NCBI RefSeq assembly: GCF_009834535.1
Contig: NC_045696.1
Location: 9,736,001 to 9,800,000, forward strand
Origin: Camelus ferus
Lineage: Eukaryota
Length of the DNA stretch: 64,000 nucleotides
Reading direction: 5' to 3'
Shown here: positions 46,761 through 60,070 of the stretch, one piece after another
Layout of the letters: each line of letters starts with the position of its first letter
Position numbering within the stretch: the first letter of the stretch is position 1
The notes under the pieces: model-generated
Databases searched by the model: none
What the model was told of the DNA's origin: nothing
Seen by the model: only the letters and a program-made list of their open reading frames with translations
Position numbers and translations under genes: made by a program

Positions 46761-49700
46761 TTCTGAGAAACGTGCAGGATGAGACGTCAGCAGCATCCCA
46801 GGTGGTGTCCGAGGTTTCCCCATGTCTCTGTGCCTTGGGGTAGGGCAGGCAGCGACCTCACTCAGACGCTGCCTGTTTGTCTCCCACGCGACAAACCGCC
46901 CTTAGGATGGTTGAGCCTCGCATGGCTGACTTCCTTCATCGGTGCCTGTCACCAGGGAACTGTTGGGCACAGCCCGAAAAGTTCGCTCCCCTAGTCTCCA
47001 GTCCCCTCCTAGAGCCTTGAACTCCCCACAGCTGTGTGGCATCCCTGCCCTCACCCCCTGTCCCGTTCTGTTTAAAGGAGCCTTTCTTTGTCACCCTCGG
47101 CCCTTCCGCGTCCCTCCACCTTCTGGCCGAGGCTGAGACCTGGCTCCCCTCCTCGCACCCCACTCCCTCCAGCGTCACAGGGCCGGAGTTCCTGTTGCCA
47201 CCTCCAGGGTCTGTCACCATCAGGGAGGAGTTAACATCCCCACGGGTGGCTCCTCGGGCTCAGGGCCGCTTTCTGCCTCGGTCCTCTACTCCAGGGAGCC
47301 CAGCCCTTGCCTCGCTCACCTCCCAAATCACATCAGGACCTTGACGTCCCCTGAACCCCTCTGCCTCTGAAATCCGACTCCCCAGTTTGACGTTTGCATC
47401 TGTCAGGGTTCCCATTTCAAAGTCTTAACTATTCGATCACTCAGAACTCACTCCTTTCCATCCTGGAGGCACCGGCTTCACCTAGACCCAGTCCTGCAGA
47501 CCTCACTCTCAGCTAACTGTTAAGGTTGGAAAAAATTCAGTTACTCACCAAGGATTGGCTAATCATGGATTACACGGGAACAGACGAATCCTTCTCCTTC
47601 CAAGAAGGACCGTATAAACATCTATACAGACAGCAATCACTGTCATTCTCCTGATGGTGTCTCTGCTCCTTCCTCTCTCAAAGTATTAAGTTTCAAAAAG
47701 TTAAGCCCATGACTCCCACACAGACATAAAATGAACATGTGACATGAGTCCAAGATTTATGTAACTCATGAAAATGGGCAAACCAGTAGGACAGGAAAGA
47801 TGGTTCAAAGAGCACTTGCAGAATTTACTGGCATTTAGAAACCAAACAGAATGTTAGAATGACTGCGGGGTCGTACGGTAGATACAAAACTGGTTAATGC
47901 CCTTCATGGGAATAAAAACATAGCCTTCGTCGTTATCTTTTCATTAGGGACAGAAATTGATGCTTGAACATGGAACTTTACTGTGTCTGGGCTTATCAAC
48001 CAGCGAATGGTTAAGTCAAACACAGGTAGATTGTCCTCAAGAATTAAGTGATCCTGGGGTGAGCCTGTCAAACAATGGCTCCATGTGACATTCAGAGGAC
48101 ATGCCCTTTTGCCTTGTTTCTATGTTTTGGATACTTTTCCTGAAAATTCCTAAAAGAGAGAAACTCTAAACTAGTTATCTCAAAATCTCCACACTCGTTC
48201 CTACTTGACCTTAAGAGAAGAAGAAAGAAGCCTGTAAGTGCATCACTCGTGCTCCATCGGGCTCTTGGTGACCAAGCCCGTGATTGGCACCTGGGAGAAC
48301 TTCAGACAGCATGACTCGGCGGGAGGAATGGTAACTTGGCAGCCCTCTCATTACACAGATGGCCACCGGCTCTCCCCAGACCAGCCCTGGCTAAAAACAC
48401 AGGCACTTCGCATTCCAGGATAGGTTGTTCAGGAATAGATTCTGTGAGCTTATACCTTCATCGAGACATCATAGGGCTGGAACTTCAAGGAACCTTCTGG
48501 AACGTCTCCCTGGACCTTCCAGAACAGATGGTGTTTCCTATATTTAGTTCTCCTCGGACTGAGCAAGCCCATTGTCTGCCCAGGCTGGCTCTCAACAGCC
48601 TCCCTGGCAAGGATCTCTGCTTCAAGCTCTTTCTTAATCAATTTGAGGCCATTTTTTCTTCTGTCCTCTGTGAAAATGGCTTACAATTGATCAGTGTCTT
48701 CATCTGAAACCTCTTGACTTACTTCAGGCAATTTTTAGGCCATAATTTCTTTTAGGCTAAATAATCCAAACTGCTATTATCTTCTTAATTCTGTCATTAG
48801 CTGTGCTTCACTGAGCCCTCTTGGGTCTCTCCTAAGACCAGGAAGAGCAGAATAAAGCCCCCAGGGATGATGACTTCACACACCAGGTCCACCATGCCCC
48901 GCGCCATGTGAGCTCTCTCTGAATCAGGCATCTGCCAAGTAGGAAGGTTGCTGTGAGGACCCTTTAGGTTGTTTCTCATGCTGTTTTTCTTGCTCAGTCT
49001 TTCTTCATTGTTATTGGAAATATTTCTACTATGTTCGTCAGCACGTAGCCCTTTATTTATTTATTTTTTTCATACCCATCATCACAATTCTCAGAGTCAA
49101 CTACGGCTGGTATGTTGGCACTCAGCATTCCGGTCTTTTTCTCCTGATTTTTTTTTTAAAGACTCACTCAGACTGTCCTGTACCGCCGTTAAGCTACTGC
49201 TTTCATCCAGTGACAGCCGGGGGCCCCCACTCGCCCCCTGCTCAGGGCTGTCTCACTCTTTCCCAGCATCAGACCGTCACCATCACGACAACCCAAGCAG
49301 CTCCTAGTCTGAGAAAAAGTCCTAGCAACACTTCAGACTGGCTTAGGAAGCAAACTAAAATGAATCTACCAACACCGATTTATTCAGCTTGAAGAGAAAC
49401 CAGCCCGGTGAGTGGGAAACACCAGCAAGCCCTCAAGAGGCGTTCCCAGGAAGACTTGTGGTCAAACCACAGCCTCTCCTCTGTCTCATCTTCTGAGTCC
49501 ACCCAGGTTTACACCAGGGACCTTCTCCGGGACACTCTGGGCCCCCACGGGGGGTTTGCCAGCAGATCGCCAGCGGAAGGGCTGGCCGTCACCCTAGACT
49601 CGCCGGCTTGACGCACACCCAGCCCTCCCTCGTGGGTGACCCTCATGCTGGCTGGTTTTCTTGCAAGTTGGTGCCGACCTGATGATGTTTCTGTGTTCAA

Positions 49701-50329
49701 AATTATGCCAAGAGACACTGATTTTTCTGTTCTATCTGTGAGCTCTCATTGATATACTGACTCATCTCTATATTTTTTGCTATCCTGGTAAAGCCGGTTC
49801 TCTTTTTGGGTGCAAACCTTTTTTATTTTCCTATTAAGTCTCTGTATCTAAGACACATTAGACATTGTTTAAATTTCACGTTGCTCCTATCAATAGATCA
49901 TAGCCGTTTCCTCGTGCTGCTCTGTAATGGTGGTAAGTCCATGTTAGCAAGTCTGTATGCAATGTATTTCAATTAGTCTCCTACTGTAGAACATTGAGGT
50001 GATTTTCAATGTTTTGATTTTCTTAAAGGAATTTGATGACTATCCGCTGTGTGCCAATCATGATTCACGGTAAACGCCCACCAGTGGGACTGCTGGGCCA
50101 CAGGCCAGGAGTCTTTCACTACCTGCAGCGAACCCAGCCTCCGAAGTTTGTGATTTTACATCTACAGGTACTTCGCTGTACTCATCCTGACTAATCTTCA
50201 TCCAGTTTTGGACCAATCTGTTCTCCACCCAGGACACGTGGAAGACAGGGCTGTGGAAGCTGGCGCTCTTAGAACGGGGGCTTTCAAAGCCTAGGGCACT
50301 AACTTAAATCTGCCATGTTCTCTCCGAAA

Positions 50330-53280
50330 AGTCCTCTTTGTTCATCTGACTGCAGTGGGTCAGGCACCCTCTACGCTGAGGATGCATCCACGAACCAGCC
50401 AGAGAAAATTCATACCCACTGGAGCTTATATTCCCCCTGGGGGGTGGGGGGGAGGACAGACAGTGTAGATGTAAGTAAATAAAATATACATCAGATGGCA
50501 AAATAAGTGCAGTGAACAGTACAGCAGGGGAAGGAGGTGGGGAAAGCAGGGGGGTCAGGAAAGCCCCCACTGGGAGGGTGACACTTGGCCAAGGCCTGAA
50601 GGAGAGGTGGTGCTGTGCCCCTGTTAGGACCATTAGCTGTGTGGCCTTAGGAGAATTGCTTAACTCCTCTGTACCTGGATTTCCTTCACTGGAAAATGAG
50701 GGGTGTTAGCACCCATGGCATAAGGTTGTTGAGAAAACTAAAAGAACTAAGCAAGTAAATGTTCATAAAATACTTAGAACTGGGCCTGGCGTATTAAATG
50801 TCAGATGTGTGTCTGTTAGATAAGAAGACTGCAGGCAGGGCTCAGGCAGGCAGAGGGCACTGACCGAACAAAAGTCCGGGGCAGATCAGGTGGGAGGTTG
50901 ACAGGGTGACCAGACCAGCCAGGTTTTATAGGCCATTAGAAGGACATTGGCCATTACTGCAGGTGAAGTAGGAGCCTCTGGAGGGTTTAAGCAGAGGAGC
51001 CATGTGCTCAAGCCGTGGGGCTGAAGTCAGAGCAGTGGTTGCCAAGAGAAGGAAGAGGGGGTTCACAAGGGGGTGGAGTGGACTGAATAGTGTCCCCCCA
51101 AATTCATGTCCACCTGACACCTCAGAATGTGGCCTTATTTGGAAATAGTCTTTGCAGATGTAATTCATCAAGGATCTGGAGGTGTGATCCTCCTGGACTC
51201 CCAGTGGGCTCTGCATCAAAAGCCCAGGACGAGGGGAGGAAACAGACACACAGGGAAGGGGCCGCTGAAGACAGGCAGACACTGGGCGATGCCGCAGCCA
51301 GGGAACGTCACGAGCCACTCGAAGCCAGATGGGTCAAGGAAGGATCCTCCTCCAGAGCCTTTGGAGGGCGTGTCAGCCCTGCTGACACCTTGGTTTCAGA
51401 CTTCCAGCCTCCAGAGCTGTGAGAGAATAAATTTCTGTTGTTTTAAGCCACCCAGTTTCTGGTGCTTTGTTACAGCAGCCCCAGAAAACTAATAAAGAAG
51501 TTATTATGGTCTAGGAGAGAGAGGGTACGGTTTGGACCAGTGGGATTCTAGATACCTACTGAAGGTGAGAAGACAGGAGTTACTGCGGGTACTGGATGGG
51601 GGATGTGGAGGAAGGTGAGGGGCCCAGGATGCCTCAAGGTCTACATACAAATATATATTTAGCATCAGAAAAGCGGATGACATCACCTGGGAAGCAAAGG
51701 AGTGGGAGCAGACAGAGAGCAGGTCTGGGCTGAGCCTGGAACATCCCAACACTAAGCGTCAGGAAAGTGAGGAGGAACCAGCAAAGAGTCTGCAGAGGAA
51801 ACCAGAGTCAGGAGCAGAGTCTGTGATGCCCTAGAAACCAAGAGAGGAGGGCATTTCAAGGGGGAGGATGTGAGCAACTGTATCAGTGTCTCTGATGGCA
51901 GAGTGAAATCCGGGCTCAGAGGAGCAGTGGTACAGTGGGGTGGGGGCAGAAGCAAATTCAAGGGGCAGGCGTAGGCGATGGGCTTCAGTACAAAAGGCTG
52001 GACCTCTTTTTGTTCCTTTCATTATTATCTTCATTAGGGAGACCGAAAAGAGAAGAAAGGACTAGTAGAGATAACCCTTTTGAGTTTTTTTCCCAGAGAA
52101 TGAACAGCATGTTTTTGCTGATAAGAACGACCAGAAGTCTGGGAAATTGGATGATGCAGGAGGGAGGGGGTGAAATTTGCTGGGTGATGCCCCAGTAGGC
52201 ACAAGGAGACAGAACCCTGGGCACAGGGGAGACGTGAGCTCTCTGTAGCATCACGGGCCATCCGCCCAGGATGGGGGTTGAAGGATGCAGTTACAGATGC
52301 AAGCAGGATAGTAGGTGTGGTTTGAGCTTTTGTGGAACTTTTCTTATGATTGCCTTAATTTTTTCAGTAAAATAGGGAGTGAGGTCATCAGCTGAGAGTG
52401 GAACTGGGGCAAAAAGACACTAGAAGTTTGACAAGGGAAAAAGGAAGTATTTACCTGGGAGGTGGGGAGTCAATGGACTAGGGAGGTGGTGCATTGCCAG
52501 GCATCAAAGGCCCGTGTGTGGTCTCTCAGAGACCAGGCAGCACAGACGGTTTCTTTCCAGCCACATTCAGCTGTACACATGCAGGCACAGAATGGGTGAA
52601 GTATCTGACTGTAATCAGTGAGAGGATCTAGAGAGTGAAGGAGTGATCACAGTGATGGAACTTAAGCTGGATTAGCAAGGGAAGTGACGGTGTGAGGGAG
52701 AAGAGACACCAAGGAAAGGTGGTAGGATTGGTTGGCAGGTCCCAGTGGGGTTGACAGAATGGATTGTGGCAGCCGGGCTACAAGAGGGAGTGAGTTGGAA
52801 GGTGGGAGTGGAAAGCTTGAAACTGAGATGCCGGGTGATGTAGTTACTGGTATTAACAAGGTCTAAGGTATAACCAGGGAGCAGCTTACAAAGGGAGGGT
52901 GGATGGCATGGCCATCGGAGGGGAGGAGATCAGGTAACGGAGAGGCCAGGGTACTGGAAAGGATCACCTGCATGGATAAAGAAATCACCCAGAATCACAC
53001 GCAGGTGGGTGGAAAGAGTAACAGTGAGCCAGGAGCTGAAGTCGTCAAAGAACAAGAGGGTGTGGCCAGGGGTCCTTAAGTGAGATTCAAGTCTAGGGGA
53101 TTTAGGACAGGAGGGGCAATGGTCTGGATGGGGCAAGCGGCCAAGGAGGACACCTACTCTGCCTCCAGGCCCAGAGGGAAAAATGTTATGGGAGAGAAAA
53201 CAGCCATGACCAAGAGGGATCCAGGGTGACCCCAGTTTCAGTTGGGGCAACAAGAGGAGGGAAATATTTTAGAACAGCTG
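50330..53280 (-). mobile_element. Long L2 remnant interrupted by a MIR (~50625-50810) and an MLT1 LTR
   Basis: Purine-rich antisense-L2 motifs: gtaggagcctctggagggtttaagcagagg, ggattctagatacctactgaaggt, gagaggtctgggctg-like. ORF 52930..53253 contains VILGDFFIH, resembling the APE endonuclease motif. Confidence 0.75.
51075..51495 (+). mobile_element. MaLR LTR (MLT1C/D-like)
   Basis: ggactgaatagtgtcccccc...cctcagaatgtggccttatttggaaatag...ttccagcctccagagctgtgagagaataaatttctgttgttttaagccacc. Confidence 0.9.
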
Positions 53281-53779
53281 AGGAGGGGCACAGAGAGCAG
53301 GTTTCAGGGTAGGAGATGGGCTGGAAGACGGTTATATTCTGAGTTCAATGGGGATTGGGTTCCTGAGGGTGAGGGACAATGTGGAGATCCTGGCCTTCCC
53401 ATGGTGACTCTCATAAAGCAGAGCAATAGCCATCGTCATATTGGTTCCCAGCTCTCCAGGCAGGTCGCAGAGCCAGGCAGGAGGGAGCAGAGAAGGGGGG
53501 AAGGCAAGAGTGAAAGAGAGTGTTGCCAGAAGCATGTGGAATCTGGGGCCCCCTCTTCACTCCTGCCAGTGGCAGAGTGAAGCCAGGGCAGGGTCCTAGG
53601 CCTTCATTTGAACTGCACTTGTACAGAAAGCATCGCCTTTGTTTTCTTAGATTAGAAAAATGACAGACAACCCAGGATGTAAATTAGCAAAGTATATAAA
53701 AAAGCAAATAATGGGGGAAAAACCAGACTGTAAGTTCACGCTTATTAATAGAGAAAATGTAAGTTTAAAACAGAGACAG

Positions 53780-54565
53780 CTCTTGACACTTGATTGGCAA
53801 AGTTTTCTTTCTTTTTTTTTTTTTAACATGATTAATACCATATATGGGGGCGGGGGGAGTTGAAAGCAGGATCTCTCAGATCTGGCTGTTGGGTGTGTAA
53901 ATTGGTGCAAAGACTCTGGAGAGAAATTTGTCAGTAACTAGTAAAGATGAAAATGGAAATACCCAATGAACCAGGAATTCGATGCCTAGTGAAACACTCA
54001 CACCACGCCCCAGGAGTTATCTGCCAACAGGTTCACTTCAGCTTTGCTTGAAACACTGTAAACTTGGACATGCCCATTAAGAGGCAAATGGCCAAAGTGT
54101 GTGCTGCAGTCACACAGGGCACCTTACAGGACAGCAGAAATCAATGCTCTGGATCTATATGACAGATCTCAAGAAGATCGTGTTGGATGGGGAAAAAAAA
54201 ATGTTGTTGAAGCTTCCGTATCATGAATCCAGTTGGTTCATTAAAAATCCACAAAGCAATATTACAAATTATGACCAAATATATATGGAATAAAACATAA
54301 AAGATGGATGTAAATGGTGCACACTGACTTGAGAAGGATGGCTCCCTCTTGGGAAGGAAGAAATATATGTGCTGCCAAAGCAAGCACTTGGGAAGGAAGA
54401 AACAGATGAGAAGAGGTACAAAGAAAGGATTTCAACTATAGCTAACATTTTATTTCTTTAAAATAAAAGACCTGAAAGAAGTATGGCAAAAACACAGTTG
54501 TCTATTCAATCTGAGTGGTAAGTACCTCAATTTGTTACAGTAGCATCTGTTCCTTTAGGGACGTT
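53780..54565 (+). mobile_element. Ancient L1ME-like 3' fragment
   Basis: gtgtgtaaattggtgcaaagactctgg...ctggatctatatgacagatctcaag...acattttatttcttta. Confidence 0.55.
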
Positions 54566-55388
54566 TGAATTTTTTTTTAAGGAGAATGTTTTAGTGTATC
54601 TATCCATGTGCAAGTTTTAAGAAAGCAAGCAGAGTATGAATAACGCTGTAAGATGAGGACAGTCATTGTTACAGCATCATATTTCACCACAATGAGATGA
54701 ACCCAGAACCATTTCATGATTAGGAGGGACAAGGGAGTACTGGGCAAACAGAGATTTCCTTAACATTTTGCTTAACCACACTAAGTAACTTACTCCATCC
54801 TATTTATTTAGATCTGGTAAGAGATATGAAAAGGAACATGCTTTCAAAACATTGGTCATAACTGCTAACTTCATAAAATCTGCACCTTAAATTCCTCGTG
54901 ATTTTGCTCTGTGAACAACTTTTTGCTGTTGTTTTAAAGGTAATTAAAATATATTTGATTTGGAGAGTGTTACGAAAACCCTTGAGATATCACAGAGTCC
55001 TGAGGGGGGCTCCTCCACTATGTAGCTAATTATCCTTTTCCGCGGCCTTAACTAAACCCTCTTGAGTCTCCTGTTCGAAGGCTGGGAGATAGACGGACAC
55101 GGCGTCCAGGCTCTCCTCTTACAGTCTGGCTCTTTCTGGCCACATCACCAAACCCTTCTGCTGCCGTACCTTCTAAGTGTTCCTTTCAAACAGAAGGCCC
55201 CTGGCTCTCTAGCAGACAGGAGAGGGTGGGAGAGGGAAGGCAGGATGGTGGGAGACAAACCAGACAAGCAGAGTAAGAACATTGGTGGGAATAAAAATCT
55301 CCATTGCTGCAGATAAAAGTTGAAGAATTACTGGAAGATGCCAACGAGGTGCTCAACAGAAAAACAAAGCACAAACCCGAGTCAAATA

Positions 55389-56016
55389 CAGTTCAGTTCT
55401 CGTCTTGCGTGCTAGTTCTGTCATATAAAGTTGCTGCGAACACTGATTTAGATCATACAAAACCACTGCTCCCAGGGGGAATACAGGGTCAGGTTCCTGC
55501 AAGCCTCTGGTCCCAACATCCGTGTCAGTTCATCAATACATCATCTTGCTTTATGTGTGGAGACACCTTATTTAATACACATTGTTGATCCACTAACATT
55601 GAACAAGGCCAAAAGCACCACAACTGGTATCTGAACCCAGCTACCCTCACACACATATTTTCTCCATCAGGCACATCCCAGCCTTCCTACACTTCGGGAC
55701 AGTAGACAGCATTTCAGTGTTATGCTTGGAGGACATTTTAATCAGCAAAATCACCAACAAAAACCACACAAGTGCAAAAAACATGACACTAAACTGAGCG
55801 AGAAAATTTTAGGCACTTGTTTACAGTACAAGAGCTGAAACAAGAAGTCGCCTTGTTCAACTTTGGCTGGGAACAGACTCATCAGAGACTCAAAATTTCT
55901 GCCATTCTATCTATGAATAACTGTGAAGACACTGTACTGATTTGGGGGTTGCAAACAAATTTTTGCAAGTAGGCAAATCCACAGAAACAGAATCTTTGAA
56001 TAATGAGAATTGGCTG
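55389..56016. mobile_element. MER82-like TcMar-Tigger element, near full length
   Basis: TA target sites on both sides (55387-88 and 56017-18), degenerate TIRs cagttcagttctcg / gagaattggctg, internal gcgaacactgatttag...aatacagggtcaggttcctgcaagcctctggtc. Confidence 0.8.
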
Positions 56017-58339
56017 TACCAGTTAACAGTACCAGGTAATCTCTGTCCAAAAAGCAGTATCTAACCTTCCACAAAGAGGTACTTGGGATCCACATGGACA
56101 AACAGTGCCACAGCCAAGTCCCAGGTCACATCACTTAGCCTGATATGAGTTTATGGAAACTCCACTGAGTCTCCCCCTTATTTGGAATGGAAAGGTCAGG
56201 AGCCCATTTTGCACAGTCCTTACTTCTGACACTGTCCACCAAACAACCTTGCCTTTTCCACTCCCAATGCAATCAACCCGGGGCAAATCTCCTCTGGGAA
56301 ATGAAGTGAAATCACATTTCCTTCCACAGAGGGGGCACAGCATAGCGCTGGTTAGTTCTGGGGGAAAGGGTTCAATCGCAGTATGCAGACAACTCTGCTC
56401 CCTTGCAGCCGTCCAAAGGTCTGGCTTCAGCAGTCTGACTTTTGCTAAGCTCCCCGTTGGGTTGTGGGGAGCTGGGAGACTGTAAAGTGTTACTGTTATT
56501 ATAAATATAGGGGTTGATCTTTGGGCTCATGTCACAGTTTCCAAAACCCAGACTTCACCACCACCCAGGGACTCCCTGGTCGCCACACCCTTTTTCTCCT
56601 GGGGACGAATAGAATGCCTCGTGCCTGTGTTTGGGTCTAAGTCCACGTCTCTTAAAGCTTTGTTCTCAGAGCAAAAAGAATGCTGGCAATCAAGCCCAGC
56701 GAGTGAGCGTGCTGGCCTCTGGGGCTCCCTTTGCTGCTTACTTGTGATCGAGTACAGCGCCTGTTCCGTTTAGACCCCCACCCCCACCCCCACCTCCAGC
56801 TACCCATCAGCAGGCCGTGAAGACAACAGCAATTCTATCAGAAGATGAAGAGTGTGCGAAGAAGCAGCCTCTGAGAAATTCTCTTAACCTTTCCCCACCT
56901 CCCTACCCCGCCAGGTACCAGGTCCTCGAACCACTGACAACCCCTCAGCACATCGGGCAGTGGGACTCAGTCCAGGGCCTTACAGAATGGGTAGGGTCCT
57001 TCGAGTCCAGCTCGTTCACGGAGGCTGAGAGAAGATAAGGACTTGTCCGTGACCGCGTGGCCCATTGAGGAGGCTTCTGACCCCAAATTCTGTGCTCATC
57101 CCACTGCTACGTTGTTTTCGAGGTGACCAAGAATCTCACAAATTGCCCTGGAAACTTTCCACCATCAGCACCATACTGGCCTGTTCCCAGATGCAGGAGA
57201 CAAGCAGGGGTTGGCAGGTGACCTTCCAGGTGGATTCCAGGTGCAGCCACCTCTCACTGAGCTCTCCAAATGCAAATGGCAACAGCCCAGACCACAGGGA
57301 GAGAATGGTACATACTTTTCAAACGCACCCCCACCGAATTTGTGAGCACACCCCGGTCAGCCAGGAGTCACTGGGCAAGCATGACACTGTCCAGTCCACC
57401 CTGTCCACCACTGGTAGACATCTGACCTTGCCTCGGCCCTCTGTGTACTTCTCCACGGTGAATCTGCATAATCATTTCTTTCTCACAAACATGTGGGCAG
57501 CATGGGGCAGCTGGTCCATTAGGAGGCACATTTCATAACAAGTTAATATGCACAGTACGTTCTTGGCTCTTCGAAATGGTCCCTGCAGTTCAAGAAAGCC
57601 TTAGCAGCCATGAAATGCCTCCTCACCAGTAGATGGCAATTTGGTCCCTCCCTGAACTCCCCTACACCCCAGGCCCTTTCCCACCATCACACTGTACTTG
57701 CCCGCTCCTAGGTGTTCCCAAAACACAGTGTACTTTGGCCACCTCCCATCTCCCACCACCCGAGCTCCGCACTAGTTGCTCCCATGCCAGCTTAAACACC
57801 ACCTCTGCTGGAAACTCCCCCTCTGTCCCCCGGAACTCCAAGAATCCAGCTCTCCGTTTCCATAGCACTTGGTTTGGATCTCAACGATTATTTTCTTTTA
57901 TTATGGTGTGTTTTCAGAAGGCTGCATATTTCCAACTCCTCTATCTGTGAGAGCCTTGAGGTCAGGGACACAGCCCACTCATCTTTGTATCCTGCCCAGG
58001 GCAGCACCTGGCATGTGTGTGCCCTATAAACACACCCCTGGAGTAATGTGGGGAGAAAAAAGCTCTGTGGGAAATTATGGAGCAGTTTGGAAAAACATGA
58101 CAAAAGCAGGCCTGGCCTCCAGGGTACACTGAGGTTTCTTCCGTTGTTCTCAGGACTTCCCTTTGAAGACCTGAGATTAAACACACTCCCGAGGAATCCC
58201 AGACCCACTCCCTCTCCTCCTGGAGTGAAGCCTGGGGCTTTGGTCTAGGTGTGGGACAGGAAGGGCCCAGGGAGAGGTCCCTCCGAGCATGGCCTGGGCC
58301 GCAGGCACTGGCAGTGTCCACCTCTAGAAGGGTGCAGCG

Positions 58340-58500
58340 GGCCCAAAGTGGACTTGCGAGTCACCAATCCCAATTCCCCCCTTTGCAGCCTGGGAAGGGT
58401 CACTTATTTTCTCCTAGCCCTTGGACACCCCATCTGTAAAATGGGTATAAGACTTGCCTAGTGGACTCGTGAGGAGGGGTCAAACCGAGCATTTGCTGAC
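58340..58500 (+). mobile_element. MIR
   Basis: ctgggaagggtcactta...catctgtaaaatgggtataa. Confidence 0.6.
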
Positions 58501-59864
58501 AGCATGTGCCGCCGCCCTCGGGTGCGCCCGGGCAGACAACTACTCTTTCAGGCTCGCCCAGCAGCATGGACACAGCTCGTGCTTTCAACATCTAAGCCTT
58601 TCATCAAATTTTTCTTCTCAATCAATACAAATGTGGTCTTTCAAACATCCACACGGCTCGCTTGGCTTGACGGTCCTCCCTTGTGGGCTCAGTCATACAG
58701 GACTTAATCACCTCCGACCCGGCTGCTTGCCGAACGCCTCCGCGACTGCAAGGGTCTCCAGGAAACAGCTTCCAAGGCATGCCTGGGACGAGCTTCTTGG
58801 GCCCACAGCCTCAACCTCATTTTCTACCTTCCTCAGCCCACTTCATGCAAAAAACAAAGTACTTCTGGAAGCTCAATCCTGTTGGAACTGGACCACAAGC
58901 AGTCAAGGTAACAAACCCGAAGGGAGTGCTCAGCAGTTGCAGCTCCACCGAGACCTGGCCTCCTGTGCTGCTTCGAGTCATCTCATTTCGGCAGACTCCT
59001 ATCTGTTATTCTCAGGGTTTCCAGTCTCCCAGATGTGCCCCCCCGTCCTGACTCCCTGTCATGCCCCCTCCATTCTCTGGTCTCCAGGTCAGGGCCTCGG
59101 GGCATCAGCGTGCGCTGTGCCCTCTGCCGACAGCTTCATGTCACATGACTGGCTCTGCATCCTTCAGGTCTCAGCTTCCCTGTCTCCCACCCTCTACCCA
59201 ACATCCTCTGCTCTTTCCCTTTGCAGCAACCCCCCTGCCCCCGATATTGGCAGCACCCGCACCTCCCTGCCTTCCCCACATCAGCACACGAGGACAGGGG
59301 CCATCTTTGCTCACGGACCTAGGACTCTGCTCACTTCCAGGACTTCACTCGTAATCGGCGCCTCTGACCCCCCCCCCCCCCGGGCAAGAGGATCTGATGC
59401 TCTTGGCTCTGACGGCGAACATGCAGCCTGGAGGTAACCCCCACACAGGCCCTACTCAAACACCCGCAACTGACAGGCTGCAAGGGGGCAAGAACCCCTT
59501 CGTGGCTGAGGGTCCAGCTATGAATCAGCGCCTCAGGGGGAAGGGACAGTGGCTTCATTTGGTCCAAGGAGCTTCCAAGGAGGGGAACTGGCACACCGCA
59601 CAGCTGTCCTACTTAGCCAGCCTCCTTCCTAACGCTCTAAACTGTGCCACAGGGTTCCGAACACTCCATGACCTGGGAAGCCCAAGAGCATCACCTGATT
59701 TCCCCGGGACGAGCAAGTGTAGGAGAAGAAAGTGCGCGCACCACTCAGGCCACGAGGACAACTGCTACGACCCCGGCGGCAGTGGCTCACCTCAGACACC
59801 CAGGTGCCTCGTTTACCAGAAGACAAAGACCTCAGTGTTATGGATGGAAAAGACCACATGGCAT

Positions 59865-60070
59865 CAGGGTCCCTAGTTCAAGGTCCCAGTTGTCACCTGG
59901 TAGTTGTGGGGTCAAGGGCAAATCTCAGAGTCTGTTTCTTCAGCCAAAATTACATCCGGCTATGAGGGATGTAACACTCCCTCACAGAGCTGCTGAGAGG
60001 ACTAAATCAGGTAACAGCCTCAATGTATGCAACACAGCCTACAGCCTGCAGCACACACGTAACATACTTT
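59865..60070 (+). mobile_element. MIR
   Basis: gttcaaggtcccag...aacactccctcacagagctgctgagaggactaaat. Confidence 0.5.

Noticed and set aside
55040..55190. Possible alternative MRPS6 terminal exon on the minus strand (ttctgtttgaaAG acceptor)
   Set aside because: Weak acceptor. In the phase required by MRPS6 it reaches TAG after two codons, and the other frames match nothing I recognise.
58454..59437. Longest ORF in the window (327 aa, plus strand)
   Set aside because: Non-ATG start inside a MIR, Ser/Pro/Leu-rich composition, L2-like sequence in its 3' part, and no recognisable domain; consistent with a chance ORF in GC-rich DNA.
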